Below, in pieces: positions 47,624 through 57,300 of a stretch of 64,000 nt of DNA (positions within the stretch are counted from its first letter, which is position 1; every line of letters begins with the position of its first letter). This DNA is from an uncultured Chloroflexia bacterium (GTDB lineage Bacteria; Chloroflexota; Limnocylindria; Limnocylindrales; CSP1-4): assembly GCA_963734535.1 (NCBI GenBank), contig CAVTHS010000008.1, forward strand, positions 192,001 to 256,000. Reading direction: 5' to 3'. Position numbers and translations under genes: made by a program. The notes beneath the pieces were generated by a model. The model had not been told where the DNA came from and made no database searches. It was given only the letters and a program-made list of their open reading frames with translations.

Positions 47624-48037
47624 ATGGACGCCCACGTGTCGCACCCGATCGGCCCCCCGCTGGCACCCGACGTACTCATTCCTCTCCAGGCCCTGGCGGA
47701 ACCGACACGTGCCAGGATCGTCTCCCTGCTCGGCCACGGCGAGCACTGCGTCTGCGACGTCGGGGAGATGCTCGGCCTGAGCCCCGCCCTCGTCTCGCAC
47801 CACCTGCGGACCCTGCGCGCCAGCGGTCTCCTGCGCGAGCGCAGGAGCGGGCGCTGGGTCTACTACTCGCTCGACCTCGACCGTCTCGCGGCGCTCCGCG
47901 CCGCACTCGCCGACCTGCTCACGCCCGGCGAGGCGGCGGCGACCGCGTGTCTGTGCTCGGACTGTGGGACGAGCCGACCGGCCATGCCGCAGCCCGGGCT
48001 TCGCAGACTGCCGGTCCTCGCGGAGCTCGCGCCGTGA
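47624..48037 (+). CDS. ArsR/SmtB family regulator with Cys-rich tail
   Basis: LAEPTRARI...HCVCDV...VSHHLRTLR and C-terminal CLCSDC. Start uncertain. Confidence 0.88.
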   Translation: MDAHVSHPIGPPLAPDVLIPLQALAEPTRARIVSLLGHGEHCVCDVGEMLGLSPALVSHHLRTLRASGLLRERRSGRWVYYSLDLDRLAALRAALADLLTPGEAAATACLCSDCGTSRPAMPQPGLRRLPVLAELAP

Positions 48038-48354
48038 CCTGCTCGGTGCTCATCGTCGGGATGCCATCGCCGGCGGGCTGCGCCTCGACGAAGACCTGGA
48101 AGGCGGCCGCCGCGTTCGTGGAAGCGCGCCTGGTCGCGCGGTTCGGGCCTGCGGTTGCGTTCGAATACGCCGAGCTGTTCAGCCCGGACATGGCCAACCA
48201 CCCGGACGTCGAGGAGGCGATCGCGGCCGGGGAGGCCGTCCCGCCGATCGTCGTCATCGACGGCGTCCGCCGCTTCGCCGGCGGGAAGCTCAACGTGTCT
48301 GCCATCGAGCGCGCCGTCGCCGTACGGCTCGTCCCGGATGTCGTCAATGCCTGA
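48034..48354 (+). CDS. Thioredoxin-like fold hypothetical protein
   Basis: GTGA overlap. ...GCAS...RFGPAVAFEY...PPIVVIDG...GGKL pattern. Confidence 0.6.
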   Translation: MTCSVLIVGMPSPAGCASTKTWKAAAAFVEARLVARFGPAVAFEYAELFSPDMANHPDVEEAIAAGEAVPPIVVIDGVRRFAGGKLNVSAIERAVAVRLVPDVVNA

Positions 48355-48464
48355 CGTAGCCGCCGACCCGGTCGAACTCGCTTCGGACACGGTCCTTGAT
48401 CGGGTCGTGTCCACCGCCCCATCGGCCCCAACCACCACGGCTCACCCCCAAGAGGTTGCGTCCC

Positions 48465-48917
48465 ATGATTGATCCGATAGCCGGCCCCGCGGCCCTCGAC
48501 GTCGAGATCTTCGACCCACCGTTGTGCTGCCCGACCGGCCTGTGTGGCCCGGTCCTCGACACGACCCTGGTCGACCTCGGTGAGGCCATCAACGCCCTTC
48601 AGTCCGACGGGCGCACGGTGGTCCGCCACATGATGACCGCCGATCCGCAGGCGTTCATGCGCAACCGCGAGGTCTACCAGCTCATCCGGGAGCGCCAGCT
48701 CGCCGCGCTGCCGATCACGGTCGTCCGCGGACGGATCGTGAAGACGGATGCCTACGCGAGCCTCGACGAGATGCGCGTCGCCCTCGAGCTCCAGCCGGCC
48801 CGGCACCGGCACCGTGACCATGCTCCCTTCGCCCGGCCTCTGGTTCCGACGGACGCCAGGGAGAGGACGCTCGTGGTCGCTCACACCAAGCTCTCGATAG
48901 GAGCCCGAGCGGAGTGA
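48465..48917 (+). CDS. arsD: Arsenite metallochaperone ArsD
   Basis: EIFDPPLCCPTGLCGP, PQAFMRN, LPITVVRG. C-terminal extension may be an artefact. Confidence 0.88.
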   Translation: MIDPIAGPAALDVEIFDPPLCCPTGLCGPVLDTTLVDLGEAINALQSDGRTVVRHMMTADPQAFMRNREVYQLIRERQLAALPITVVRGRIVKTDAYASLDEMRVALELQPARHRHRDHAPFARPLVPTDARERTLVVAHTKLSIGARAE

Positions 48918-48924
48918 CGGCAGC

Positions 48925-50342
48925 ATGAGCGTGGCACCGGCCAGGAGCCACCGCCCGACCGGGCGGGAGGCGATGCGCGACGCGGTCGAGTACTGCGCCG
49001 ACTGCACGAGCTGCATGGACCTCATGGAAGGGGAGTGCCGGTTCTTCGCGGAGCTCTTCCCGCTCGAGTGGATCCGAGGCCAGGAGCCGATATCCGACGC
49101 GACGCGTTCGCAAGCTCGCGGACGCACTGCACCTACTGCGGGCTCTGCCCATGCCCCGAGATCCCAGCCCACCTCACGGAGGGGAAGAGCGAGTACGTCG
49201 CCGAGAACGGGCTGCCTCTGTCCGTGCGGCTGCTCACCGACGTCCCACGCCTGGCCCGCGTGTGCGGCACGCTCCCGCGCGTCTACGAGGCCCTGCAGTC
49301 CAGCAAGCCGGTGCAGCCGCTCCTGCGGAAGATCAGCGGCGTCCATCCCGATCGGACGTTCCCGCGCTTCGCGAAGGAGAGCTTCTTCACGTGGGCCGCG
49401 AGGACCGGGCGCACGAAGCGCGAGGACGGCGGCCGTCACGCGGCGTACTTCGCGGGCTGCACGGTCGGATACCTGTTCCCCGAGGTCGGGCGGGCGGTCG
49501 TCGCCGTCCTCGAACGGAACGGCGTGCCGGTCTACGTCCCGCCGCAGGAGTGCTGCGGGATGCCGTTCCTCGTCGAAGGCGACCAGCGCCGCGCCCTGGC
49601 CAGGACCGAGTCCAACGTCGAGCAGCTGCTCGAGGTGCGCCGGGCGGGCGACGACATCGTCAGCTCCTGCCCGACGTGCGGGTTCTTCCTCAAGGTGCTC
49701 CTGAAGGAGAACGCGTACTACTCGGACGCCTACCAGCGGTCCGTCGATGCACGAGACGACGAGATCCGGATCCCGACCCGCGAGGGCGGTCCCGGAAGCT
49801 TCAAGGTCATGGCCCGACCCACCTACGGGGACGTCCTCACGGACGACGGCTACTTCTCGTCCATTCCGCCGCTCGAGCGCATCGAGGTCGCCGAGAACGT
49901 GCTCGACACCGGGGACTACCTGGCCCATCTGCTCGCCCAGGGGCAGCTGGACACGCGGTTCGCACCGATCGCCGAGCGGATCGCGTACTTCCCACCGTGC
50001 CACCAGCGGACGCAGGAAAAGACTCGCCCCTATGCCGACCTGCTCAGGCTGATCCCGGAGCTGTCGGTCCAGGTCGTCGGCGAGGACGCCTGTTGCGGGA
50101 TGGGTGGCAGCGTCGGGTTCAAGGCGGACGTCCACGAGGCGTCGCTCGAGATCGGGCGCCCCCTGTTCGAGAGCCTCGAGAAGGCTCGCCCCCGACGCGA
50201 TCGTGACCGAGTGCCTGAGCTGCCGGCTGCAGTTCAACCACGCGCTCAAGTACCCCGTCTTCCATCCGATGGAGATCCTCGCGAGGGCCTACGGCGAGCG
50301 TCGAGTCGAGTCCGACGCCCGCGATGGGAAGCACGGTCGTGA
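48925..50342 (+). CDS. Fe-S / CCG-domain oxidoreductase (GlpC/HdrD-like), frameshifted
   Basis: CADCTSC, CTYCGLCPC, FAGC, QECCGMP, SCPTC, PPCH, ACCGMGG, TECLSC split across frames. End approximate. Confidence 0.8.
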
Positions 50343-50413
50343 GGACGCCCGAGATCGCGACAGAACGTGCCGACTGCGCGCACTCAACGGGCCGCCGGCG
50401 AAAGGACGCACCA

Positions 50414-52280
50414 GTGACGCAGTTCCTCTTCTTCTCCGGCAAGGGCGGCGTGGGCAAGACCACCATGGCCTGCACCACGGCGGTGGCCGAGGCCGATGCC
50501 GGCACGCGCGTCCTGATCGTGACGACGGACCCCGCCTCGAACCTGGCCGACGTCTTCGAGCAGCCGATCGGCCACGCGATCACCCCGATCGCCGGCGTCC
50601 CGAACCTGTGGGGGATGGAGATCGACCCCGATCGCGCGACCGCCGAGTACACCGACCGGACGCTGGCGCCGATCCGCGAGATCTTCCCGCACGAGATCGT
50701 GCGGGTCATGGAGGAGCAGCTCGCCGGGCCCTGCACGGCGGAGGTCGCCGCGTTCGACCGATTCGCGGATTTCCTCGATCCGACGGCTCCCGCCATGCCG
50801 CCCGCCGGCGGCGCTGTGTTCGACCTCGTGATCTTCGACACCGCCCCGACCGGCCACACCGTGCGCCTGCTCGAGCTGCCCGAGGCCTGGTCGAAGAGCA
50901 TCGCCGAATCCGCGGCAGGGCTCGGGCCAGACCTGCATCGGCCCGGCGGCGGCGATCGCCGACGCGAAGGTCAAGTACGAGCGCGCACTCGCGGCGCTTC
51001 GCGACCAGTCGCTGACGCGCTTCGCCTTCGTGCTCCATCCGGAGGCGACTGCGATCGCCGAGACGCGCCGCGCGGGGATGAGCTCGCCCGCCTGGGGATC
51101 GTCACGACCGAGCTCATCGTGAACGGCATCCTGCCCGCCGAAGAGGGCTCGACTCCCTTCTTCGCCGCCCGGATCGCGATGCAGGAGCGGTACCTCACCG
51201 AGATCGCGCGGCAGCTGCCGATGCCCACCCGCCGCGTCCCGCTCCTCGACGGCGAGGTCCGCGGGAGTCGCCCGGCTGCGCGCCCTCGTGCCGCTGCTCG
51301 CCGACGAGCAGGCCGCGCGGCCGGCCTTCGGCCACGCGACGTCTCGGTCAGCGCGACCGACGGTGGATTACGACACCGCGGTGAGGGCGGTCCTGCTACC
51401 AGACGGTGGCCCCCGGACCATCTTCTTCGCCGGCAAGGGCGGCGTGGGCAAGACGGTCGCCTCGTGCGCCACTGCCCTCTGGGCGGCACGCGCGGGCAAT
51501 CGAACCCTGCTCGTCACGACCGATCCTGCGGCCCACATCGGGCAGGTCCTTGGCGCAACCGTGGGCACCGAGCCCGCGCCGGTCGACGGCGTCGAGGGGC
51601 TGTGGGCCGCCCGCGTGGATGCCAAGGCAGCCGCGGTCGCCTACACGGACCGGATCATCGCCGACGCCGTGGCCCGCGGACGCAGCCCAGCCTCGGTTGC
51701 CGCGATGCGCGAGGAGCTGGACTCGCCCTGCACCGAGGAGATGGCGGCGTTCGACCAGTTCATCGAGCTCGCCAGTCGCGACTCGTTCGACGTCACCGTC
51801 TTCGACACGGCGCCCACGGGCCACACGATGCGGCTGCTCGAGCTGCCCATCGACTGGAGCCGCCAGATCGACGTCAAGGTCTTCGCCTCGGTCGACACCG
51901 CGGCCGCCGACGACGTCGCGAAGGCCCGTTTCGGCGGGGTGATCGAGATGATGCGCGACCCGGCGCAGAGCACCTTCGCCTTCGTGATGTACCCGGAGTC
52001 GACGCCGATCGTCGAGGCGAGCCGAGCCATCAGCGAGCTCAAGACGCTCGGGATCCCGCTCGGGCTCGTCGTCGCCAACATGGTCCTGCCCGACGAGGCG
52101 TGCCGGACGCCGTACGCCCGCGCGCGCCGCGAGATGCAGCAGGCGTACCTCGCCGACATCGAGGCGCGCTTCGATGCCCCGGTGCTCGAGATCCCGCTCC
52201 TCGACGGCGAGGTCGTCGGTCTCGAACGACTCTCCGAGCTGCTCGAGCGGACCCTCGCTCCCACCTCTCTCGTCGCCTGA
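50414..52280 (+). CDS. arsA: Arsenite-activated ATPase ArsA (twin NBD; 3 indels in G runs)
   Basis: Two GKGGVGKT and two DTAPTGHT. Metalloid-site Cys in GPCT, TCIGP and SPCTEE. Confidence 0.9.
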
Positions 52281-52297
52281 CTGGAGGCACCACGACC

Positions 52298-52723
52298 ATG
52301 CTCGATCTTTCGACCCAGGAGCCGGCCGGCATCGCGGCCGCACCGCCCACCGCGGAGGCCGAGGCGCTCGGGGCGGCCGGGACGTTCGGGGCTGCCCTGC
52401 GGGCGAGCCCCGAGTTCGCCGCGCTCCTCGCGGCCAACGACTCGCTCTCGGCGGATGTTCGGGCGACCGAGGCCATCGACGCCTTCGGGGCTCGTCAGGC
52501 GGAGCTTCGAACCGAGGCGATGATGGGGGTTCTCACCGCGGCCCAGCGCGCGGACCTGGAACGCCTGCAGAAGACGATGCTCGACGTGCCGACGGTGGCA
52601 ACCTATGTCGCCGCGACGGAGGCGTTCGGCGCGGTCTGCCGCGAGACGGCGGCCGTCCTCAGCGCCCAGATCGGGATCGACTTCGCCGCGAACTGCCGCT
52701 CCGGCGGCTGCTGCGGCGGCTGA
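52298..52723 (+). CDS. YlbF/YmcA-like helical protein with Cys-rich C-terminus (CRSGGCCGG)
   Basis: FGAALRASPEF...QIGIDFA pattern. GGAGG SD. Confidence 0.72.
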   Translation: MLDLSTQEPAGIAAAPPTAEAEALGAAGTFGAALRASPEFAALLAANDSLSADVRATEAIDAFGARQAELRTEAMMGVLTAAQRADLERLQKTMLDVPTVATYVAATEAFGAVCRETAAVLSAQIGIDFAANCRSGGCCGG

Positions 52724-52735
52724 GAGGAACGTCAG

Positions 52736-53104
52736 ATGCTCAGCACCGAGATCAACGAGGCGGCGGTCGGGTTCGGCCGGGCGCTGCGCGCGGCGCCCGC
52801 GGTCGCCATCTACCGTATCGCCACCGAGGCGCTCGAGGCGGATCCCGTCGCCCAGGGCCTGCTCGCCGAGCTGCGCGAGCAGCAAGGAGGCCTTGCTCGC
52901 ATGCAGCGGGCCGGGCTGACCCCGAGCCAGGAGGAGATCGAGCGGATGCGGCTGTGCCAGGCGTCGGTCCGGGGGAACCAAGCGATCATGGCCCACCTGC
53001 GGGCGACGAACGACGTCAAGGCGTACCTGCCGGTCGTCGCTCGAACGGTCAGTGCGGCGCTGGGCGCCGACTATGCCAGCCTCATCGGACCGACCAGCTG
53101 CTGA
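52736..53104 (+). CDS. YlbF/YmcA-like helical protein ending in Cys
   Basis: FGRALRAAPAV...ALGADYA, apparent paralogue of the preceding gene. GAGGA SD. Confidence 0.72.
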   Translation: MLSTEINEAAVGFGRALRAAPAVAIYRIATEALEADPVAQGLLAELREQQGGLARMQRAGLTPSQEEIERMRLCQASVRGNQAIMAHLRATNDVKAYLPVVARTVSAALGADYASLIGPTSC

Positions 53105-53386
53105 CGTCACGGATCGGCGCGGTCATCCGTCGATCATCAGTCCCAATGGCGGCCGCGGGCCGCCGAGTTGCGCGGCCGTCGTGACGGACGGCCCTTGCTG
53201 CCCAGCCTGGACCGGGACGAGCATCCGCGGTGACGGTAGCCTGCGCCCCGGACCGGCATCGGACCGACCGGAACGCACGTCGAGCGGCGCGCCCCCAGCG
53301 CGGTCTTCGAAGATCGTGGCCTCCCCTCCGCCCGGCCCGGCACGCCGCCTGCGGCCGGCCGACCGTCGGCGCACAAGGAGGTCACC

Positions 53387-53578
53387 ATGGCACTCGCCGC
53401 CGGTCCCATGACACAGGCATCACCGCGCCTGATCGCAGGGCTGGGGCTGATCGCGATGATCGCGATCGTCGCGGCCGCGCTCGTCGCGCAGGCGCGACCC
53501 GGCACCGCTTCCGAGACGGGGACGTACCGGCTCTCGGACACGACGATGCTGCTGCAGCAGGTGCGCGCCGCCCCGTAG
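53387..53578 (+). CDS. Small secreted/membrane peptide (63 aa)
   Basis: Perfect SD AAGGAGGT, one hydrophobic helix, downstream hairpin. Confidence 0.55.
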   Translation: MALAAGPMTQASPRLIAGLGLIAMIAIVAAALVAQARPGTASETGTYRLSDTTMLLQQVRAAP

Positions 53579-53597
53579 CGCGCCGAACGCCACAGCG

Positions 53598-53627
53598 GCG
53601 AGGCCGGCCATGGCGGGCCGGCCTCGC
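53598..53627. terminator. GC-rich hairpin between convergent genes
   Basis: GCGAGGCCGGCC / GGCCGGCCTCGC 12-bp stem. Confidence 0.55.
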
Positions 53628-53753
53628 TGATTCACGACCCGGGGTCGCGGCTCGCCACGAGCACGGCCTGGCGTGGCAGCGGGTGCCGCCTCGACCAGCC
53701 GCCGGCCAGGGCAGGCAGCCCCGGCGGGACGATGCCGGCCGCGGCCGACGTGG

Positions 53754-55091
53754 TCACGCCGTGACGGCCTCGTCGGCGATCTCGAGCGCCCGGTCGATGA
53801 CCGCGAAGCCCTCGGCCAGCTGCTCCTCGGTGATGCAGAGGGGCGGGTTCGTGTGGATCGAGTTGTTGGGCGTCATCGTGTAGAGGCCGTTCTGGCGCAG
53901 GAACTTCCCGACCGCCTTCATCTCGTCCGACGAGCCGTTGAACCCGGTCAGCGGGACCCACGGGTCGTGGCTCCGGACCAGGTCCAGGATCCCGAACAGC
54001 CCCAGGCTGCGGTAGGCGCCGACGCTCGGGTGCTTCGCGGCGAGCGCCTCGTGGTGGCCGCGCATCACCTCGCCCATCCGGGCGGAGCGCTCGATGAGCC
54101 CGTCCTCCTCGTAGACGCCGATCGTGGCGAGCGCGGCCGCGAGGCTGACCGGGTGGCTGCTGTAGGTCAGGCCGCCGTAGAACATCTTCGTCTCGAAGGC
54201 CTCGGCGATGTGATGGCGCATCGCCACGCCGCCGAGGGGCAGGTAGCTCGAGGTGAGCCCCTTGGCCATCGTCATCAGGTCGGGCACCACGTTCCAGTGG
54301 TCCACCGCGAACCAGCGCCCGGTGCGCCCGAAGCCTGCCATCACCTCGTCGGCGACCATCAGGATCCCGTACCGGTCGCACAGCTCGCGGACGCCCTGGA
54401 GGTAGCCGTCGGGCGGGATGAGGATCCCGTTCGTGCCGACGATCGTCTCGAGGAAGATCGCCGCGATCGTGTGCGGCCCCTCGTACTGGATCACGTCCTC
54501 CAGGCCCTGGAGGCTCTCGGCGACCGGTCGCGGCTCCTTCTCGCCCCAGCGGTGGGTGTCCGGGTAGCGCACGACACCCACGATCCCCGGCTCGTTCGCC
54601 CAGCGCCGCGGGTCGCCGGTCAGCGTCATCGACCCGAGCGTCGCGCCGTGGTAGCTGCGATAGCGGGCCAGCACCTTGTGGCGACCCGAGTAGTGGCGGG
54701 CGAGCCGGATCGCGTTCTCGATCGCCTCCGCGCCGCCGAGCGTGAAGAAGACCTTGTCCATGTCGCCGGGCAGGATCTCGGCGAGCTTCGCTCCCAGGCG
54801 CGCCCGGACCTCCGTGACGAAGGCGGGCTGGACGTACTGGAGCCGCGTTGCCTGGGCCGTGATCGCGTCGATGACCCGCCGGTCGCCGTGGCCGATGTTG
54901 ACCGACATCAGCTGGCTGTTGAAGTCGAGGATCCGCTCGCCCTCGGGCGTATAGAGGTAGACACCCTCCGCGTGGTCGACCGCGATCGGGTCCAGGGATC
55001 CCTGGACCGACCACGAGAAGAAGGTGTGGGCGCGCGAGAGCCGGACGATCTCCTGGCTGGACATCGGATCGGCGGCGGTTCGGACGGTCAT
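53754..55091 (-). CDS. Class III aminotransferase (beta-alanine/omega-amino acid)
   Basis: LDFNSQL, SYHGAT, DEVMAGFGRTG, MAKGLTSSYLPLG. Confidence 0.92.
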   Translation of the reverse strand: MTVRTAADPMSSQEIVRLSRAHTFFSWSVQGSLDPIAVDHAEGVYLYTPEGERILDFNSQLMSVNIGHGDRRVIDAITAQATRLQYVQPAFVTEVRARLGAKLAEILPGDMDKVFFTLGGAEAIENAIRLARHYSGRHKVLARYRSYHGATLGSMTLTGDPRRWANEPGIVGVVRYPDTHRWGEKEPRPVAESLQGLEDVIQYEGPHTIAAIFLETIVGTNGILIPPDGYLQGVRELCDRYGILMVADEVMAGFGRTGRWFAVDHWNVVPDLMTMAKGLTSSYLPLGGVAMRHHIAEAFETKMFYGGLTYSSHPVSLAAALATIGVYEEDGLIERSARMGEVMRGHHEALAAKHPSVGAYRSLGLFGILDLVRSHDPWVPLTGFNGSSDEMKAVGKFLRQNGLYTMTPNNSIHTNPPLCITEEQLAEGFAVIDRALEIADEAVTA

Positions 55092-55404
55092 CGGGTCACC
55101 TCGAGGCGGGACGTGCCCCGCACGCGGTCCGCCAACTGCTGGCGCGAAGCCGGGGGGCCGCCACGGCGGCCACGGGAGGTCGGGACGGCGCGGGCCGGCT
55201 CCTGCCCATGCCCTCCGGGGAGCGATGCGCGCCAATTACACCACAGCGGCCCGCGAGTGTATGCGCACGTGCGAACACCGCAACGGGGCGCTCCCCGCAC
55301 CGCGGCGGTGTAGCATTCCGCCTCATTCCGGACGGGCAGCCGGAGGCGTCGGAGGCGCCGACCGCCCGCCCGCCCCGCCGCTGCGACCCGACCGGAGGTG
55401 ACCG

Positions 55405-56253
55405 ATGCCGCGAATCGTGCGAGGCGCGCTCGTCCAGGCGACGTGGACCGGCGACAAGGAGTCGATGATCCAGAAGCACGAGCAGCGCGCCCACGAGGCG
55501 AAGGCGCAGGGTGCCGGGCTGCTCCTGTTCCAGGAGCTCTTCTACGGGCCGTACTTCTGCCAGGTGCAGGATCCCCAGTACTACGCCTACACGGAGCTCA
55601 TCCCGGACGGGCCAACCACGAAGCGGATGCAGGACCTGGCGAAGCAGACGGGCATGGTCCTCGTGGTGCCGATGTACGAGGAGGATTCGCAGGCGTCGGG
55701 CGTCTACTACAACACGGCCGCCGTGATCGACGCGGACGGGCGCTACCTGGGCAAGTACCGCAAGACCCACATCCCGCACGTGAAGGGCTTCTGGGAGAAG
55801 TTCTACTTCCGGCCCGGGAACCTGGGCTACCCGGTCTTCGAGACCGCCGTCGGGAAGGTCGGCGTCTACATCTGCTACGACCGCCACTTCCCGGAGGGCG
55901 CCCGCGCGCTGGGCCTCAACGGGGCGGAGATCGTGCTGATCCCGAGCGCGACGAGTCGCGGGCTCTCGGAGTACCTCTGGCGGATCGAGCAGCCCAGCCA
56001 CGCGGTCGCGAACGGCTACTACGTCGGGACGATCAACCGGGTCGGCATCGAGCCGATCGGCGACGACGACTTCTACGGGCAGAGCTACTTCTGCGACCCG
56101 CGGGGCCAGATCGTGGGCGGCGTCGCCAGCCCGTTCGAGGAGGAGCTGGTGGTCCGCGACCTCGACCTGGACCTGGTCACCGAGGTCCGCCAGACCTGGC
56201 AGTTCTACCGCGACCGCCGGCCGGAGGCCTACGCCGACCTGGTCCGCCCGTAA
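55405..56253 (+). CDS. Beta-ureidopropionase-like nitrilase family hydrolase
   Basis: FQELF, YRKTHIP, ICYDRHFPE triad, WEKFYFRPGN. Confidence 0.9.
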   Translation: MPRIVRGALVQATWTGDKESMIQKHEQRAHEAKAQGAGLLLFQELFYGPYFCQVQDPQYYAYTELIPDGPTTKRMQDLAKQTGMVLVVPMYEEDSQASGVYYNTAAVIDADGRYLGKYRKTHIPHVKGFWEKFYFRPGNLGYPVFETAVGKVGVYICYDRHFPEGARALGLNGAEIVLIPSATSRGLSEYLWRIEQPSHAVANGYYVGTINRVGIEPIGDDDFYGQSYFCDPRGQIVGGVASPFEEELVVRDLDLDLVTEVRQTWQFYRDRRPEAYADLVRP

Positions 56254-56278
56254 CGGTCGGCGCCGGAGGAGACGCGGC

Positions 56279-57289
56279 ATGGAGTTCGGGTTCACGATCA
56301 AGCCCGAGCACTCGATCGAGCGGACGCTTGCGCTCACGCGCCAGGCCGAGGCCGCCGGCTTCGCCCATGGATGGCTGTTCGACTCGCACGTGCTGTGGCG
56401 CGAGCCGTACGTCCTCCTGACCCTGATGGCGCAGGCGACGAAGACGCTCCGGCTGGGCACCTGCGTCACGAACCCGGCCACGCGCGAGCCGTCGGTGACC
56501 GCGTCGAGCCTGGCCGTCCTGCAGGAGCTGTCTGGGGGTCGCTTCGACCTCGGGATCGGGCGCGGCGATTCCGCTCGCCGGGTCCTGGGCAAGGCGCCGA
56601 CCAGCATGGCGGCGCTCGAGGAGGCGGTCCACGTGATCCGGGCGCTCGCCGAGGGTGGCTCGATCGAGTACGAGGGCGCCTCGCTGGAGCTGCCGTGGGC
56701 CGGCTCGCACCGGCTGCCCGTCTGGATCGCCGGCTACGGCCCGGTCGCGCTGAAGCTGACCGGCCGGATCGCGGACGGGGCGATGCTCCAGATCGGCGAC
56801 CCCGACCTGGTCCGCTGGTTCGTCGCCCAGGTCCGCGCATCCGCGCAGGAGGCGGGTCGCGAACCCGGGGCGGTCCGGATCATGGCGGCCGCCCCGGCCC
56901 ACGTCGGCGACCTCGCCGACGGCCGCGACCGGATCCGCTGGTTCCCGGCCCTCGTCGGGAACCACGTGGTGGACCTCGTCAACAAGTACCAGGGGAGCGA
57001 CCTCCCGGAGAGCCTGACCCGCTACGTCCGGGGACGGCAGGGCTACGACTACCTCCACCACGCGGAGGTGGGCTCCTCGAACGCGGACTTCGTGACGGAC
57101 GACATCGTCGATCGCTTCGGGATCGTGGGCGACGTGGACGCCCACGTCGCGAAGCTGCGCGTCCTGGCGGAGGCCGGCGTCGACCAGTTCAACCTGTACC
57201 TGATGAACGGCAACGAGGAGGAGCAGCTGGAGATCTACGGACGCGAGATCATCCCGGCGCTCCGCGACGTACGGGCCGCGAAGGCCTGA
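56279..57289 (+). CDS. LLM class oxidoreductase, probable F420-dependent CPS_4043/TIGR03842 family
   Basis: FDSHVLWREP, CVTNPATR, GIGRGDSA, VGNHVVDLV, YDYLHH. Characteristic gene context. Confidence 0.88.
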   Translation: MEFGFTIKPEHSIERTLALTRQAEAAGFAHGWLFDSHVLWREPYVLLTLMAQATKTLRLGTCVTNPATREPSVTASSLAVLQELSGGRFDLGIGRGDSARRVLGKAPTSMAALEEAVHVIRALAEGGSIEYEGASLELPWAGSHRLPVWIAGYGPVALKLTGRIADGAMLQIGDPDLVRWFVAQVRASAQEAGREPGAVRIMAAAPAHVGDLADGRDRIRWFPALVGNHVVDLVNKYQGSDLPESLTRYVRGRQGYDYLHHAEVGSSNADFVTDDIVDRFGIVGDVDAHVAKLRVLAEAGVDQFNLYLMNGNEEEQLEIYGREIIPALRDVRAAKA

Positions 57290-57300
57290 GGAGAAGCTCG

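Noticed and set aside
50324-52723. 799-aa ArsA-YlbF fusion shown in the ORF track
   Set aside because: Artefact of indels. ArsA ends at 52280 in another frame and the YlbF-like gene has its own SD and ATG.
53096-53140. Selenocysteine read-through at ...SC-TGA of the second YlbF-like gene
   Set aside because: Length already matches the paralogue, the downstream frame looks non-coding, and I see no convincing SECIS.
53105-53386. Riboswitch or ncRNA in long spacers (also 39341-39662 and 55092-55404)
   Set aside because: No recognisable conserved motif by eye. An Rfam/Infernal scan would be needed.
38186-53753. Defined mobile element or prophage around arr and the ars island
   Set aside because: No integrase, transposase, tRNA target or terminal repeats seen. 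It is accessory by content only.
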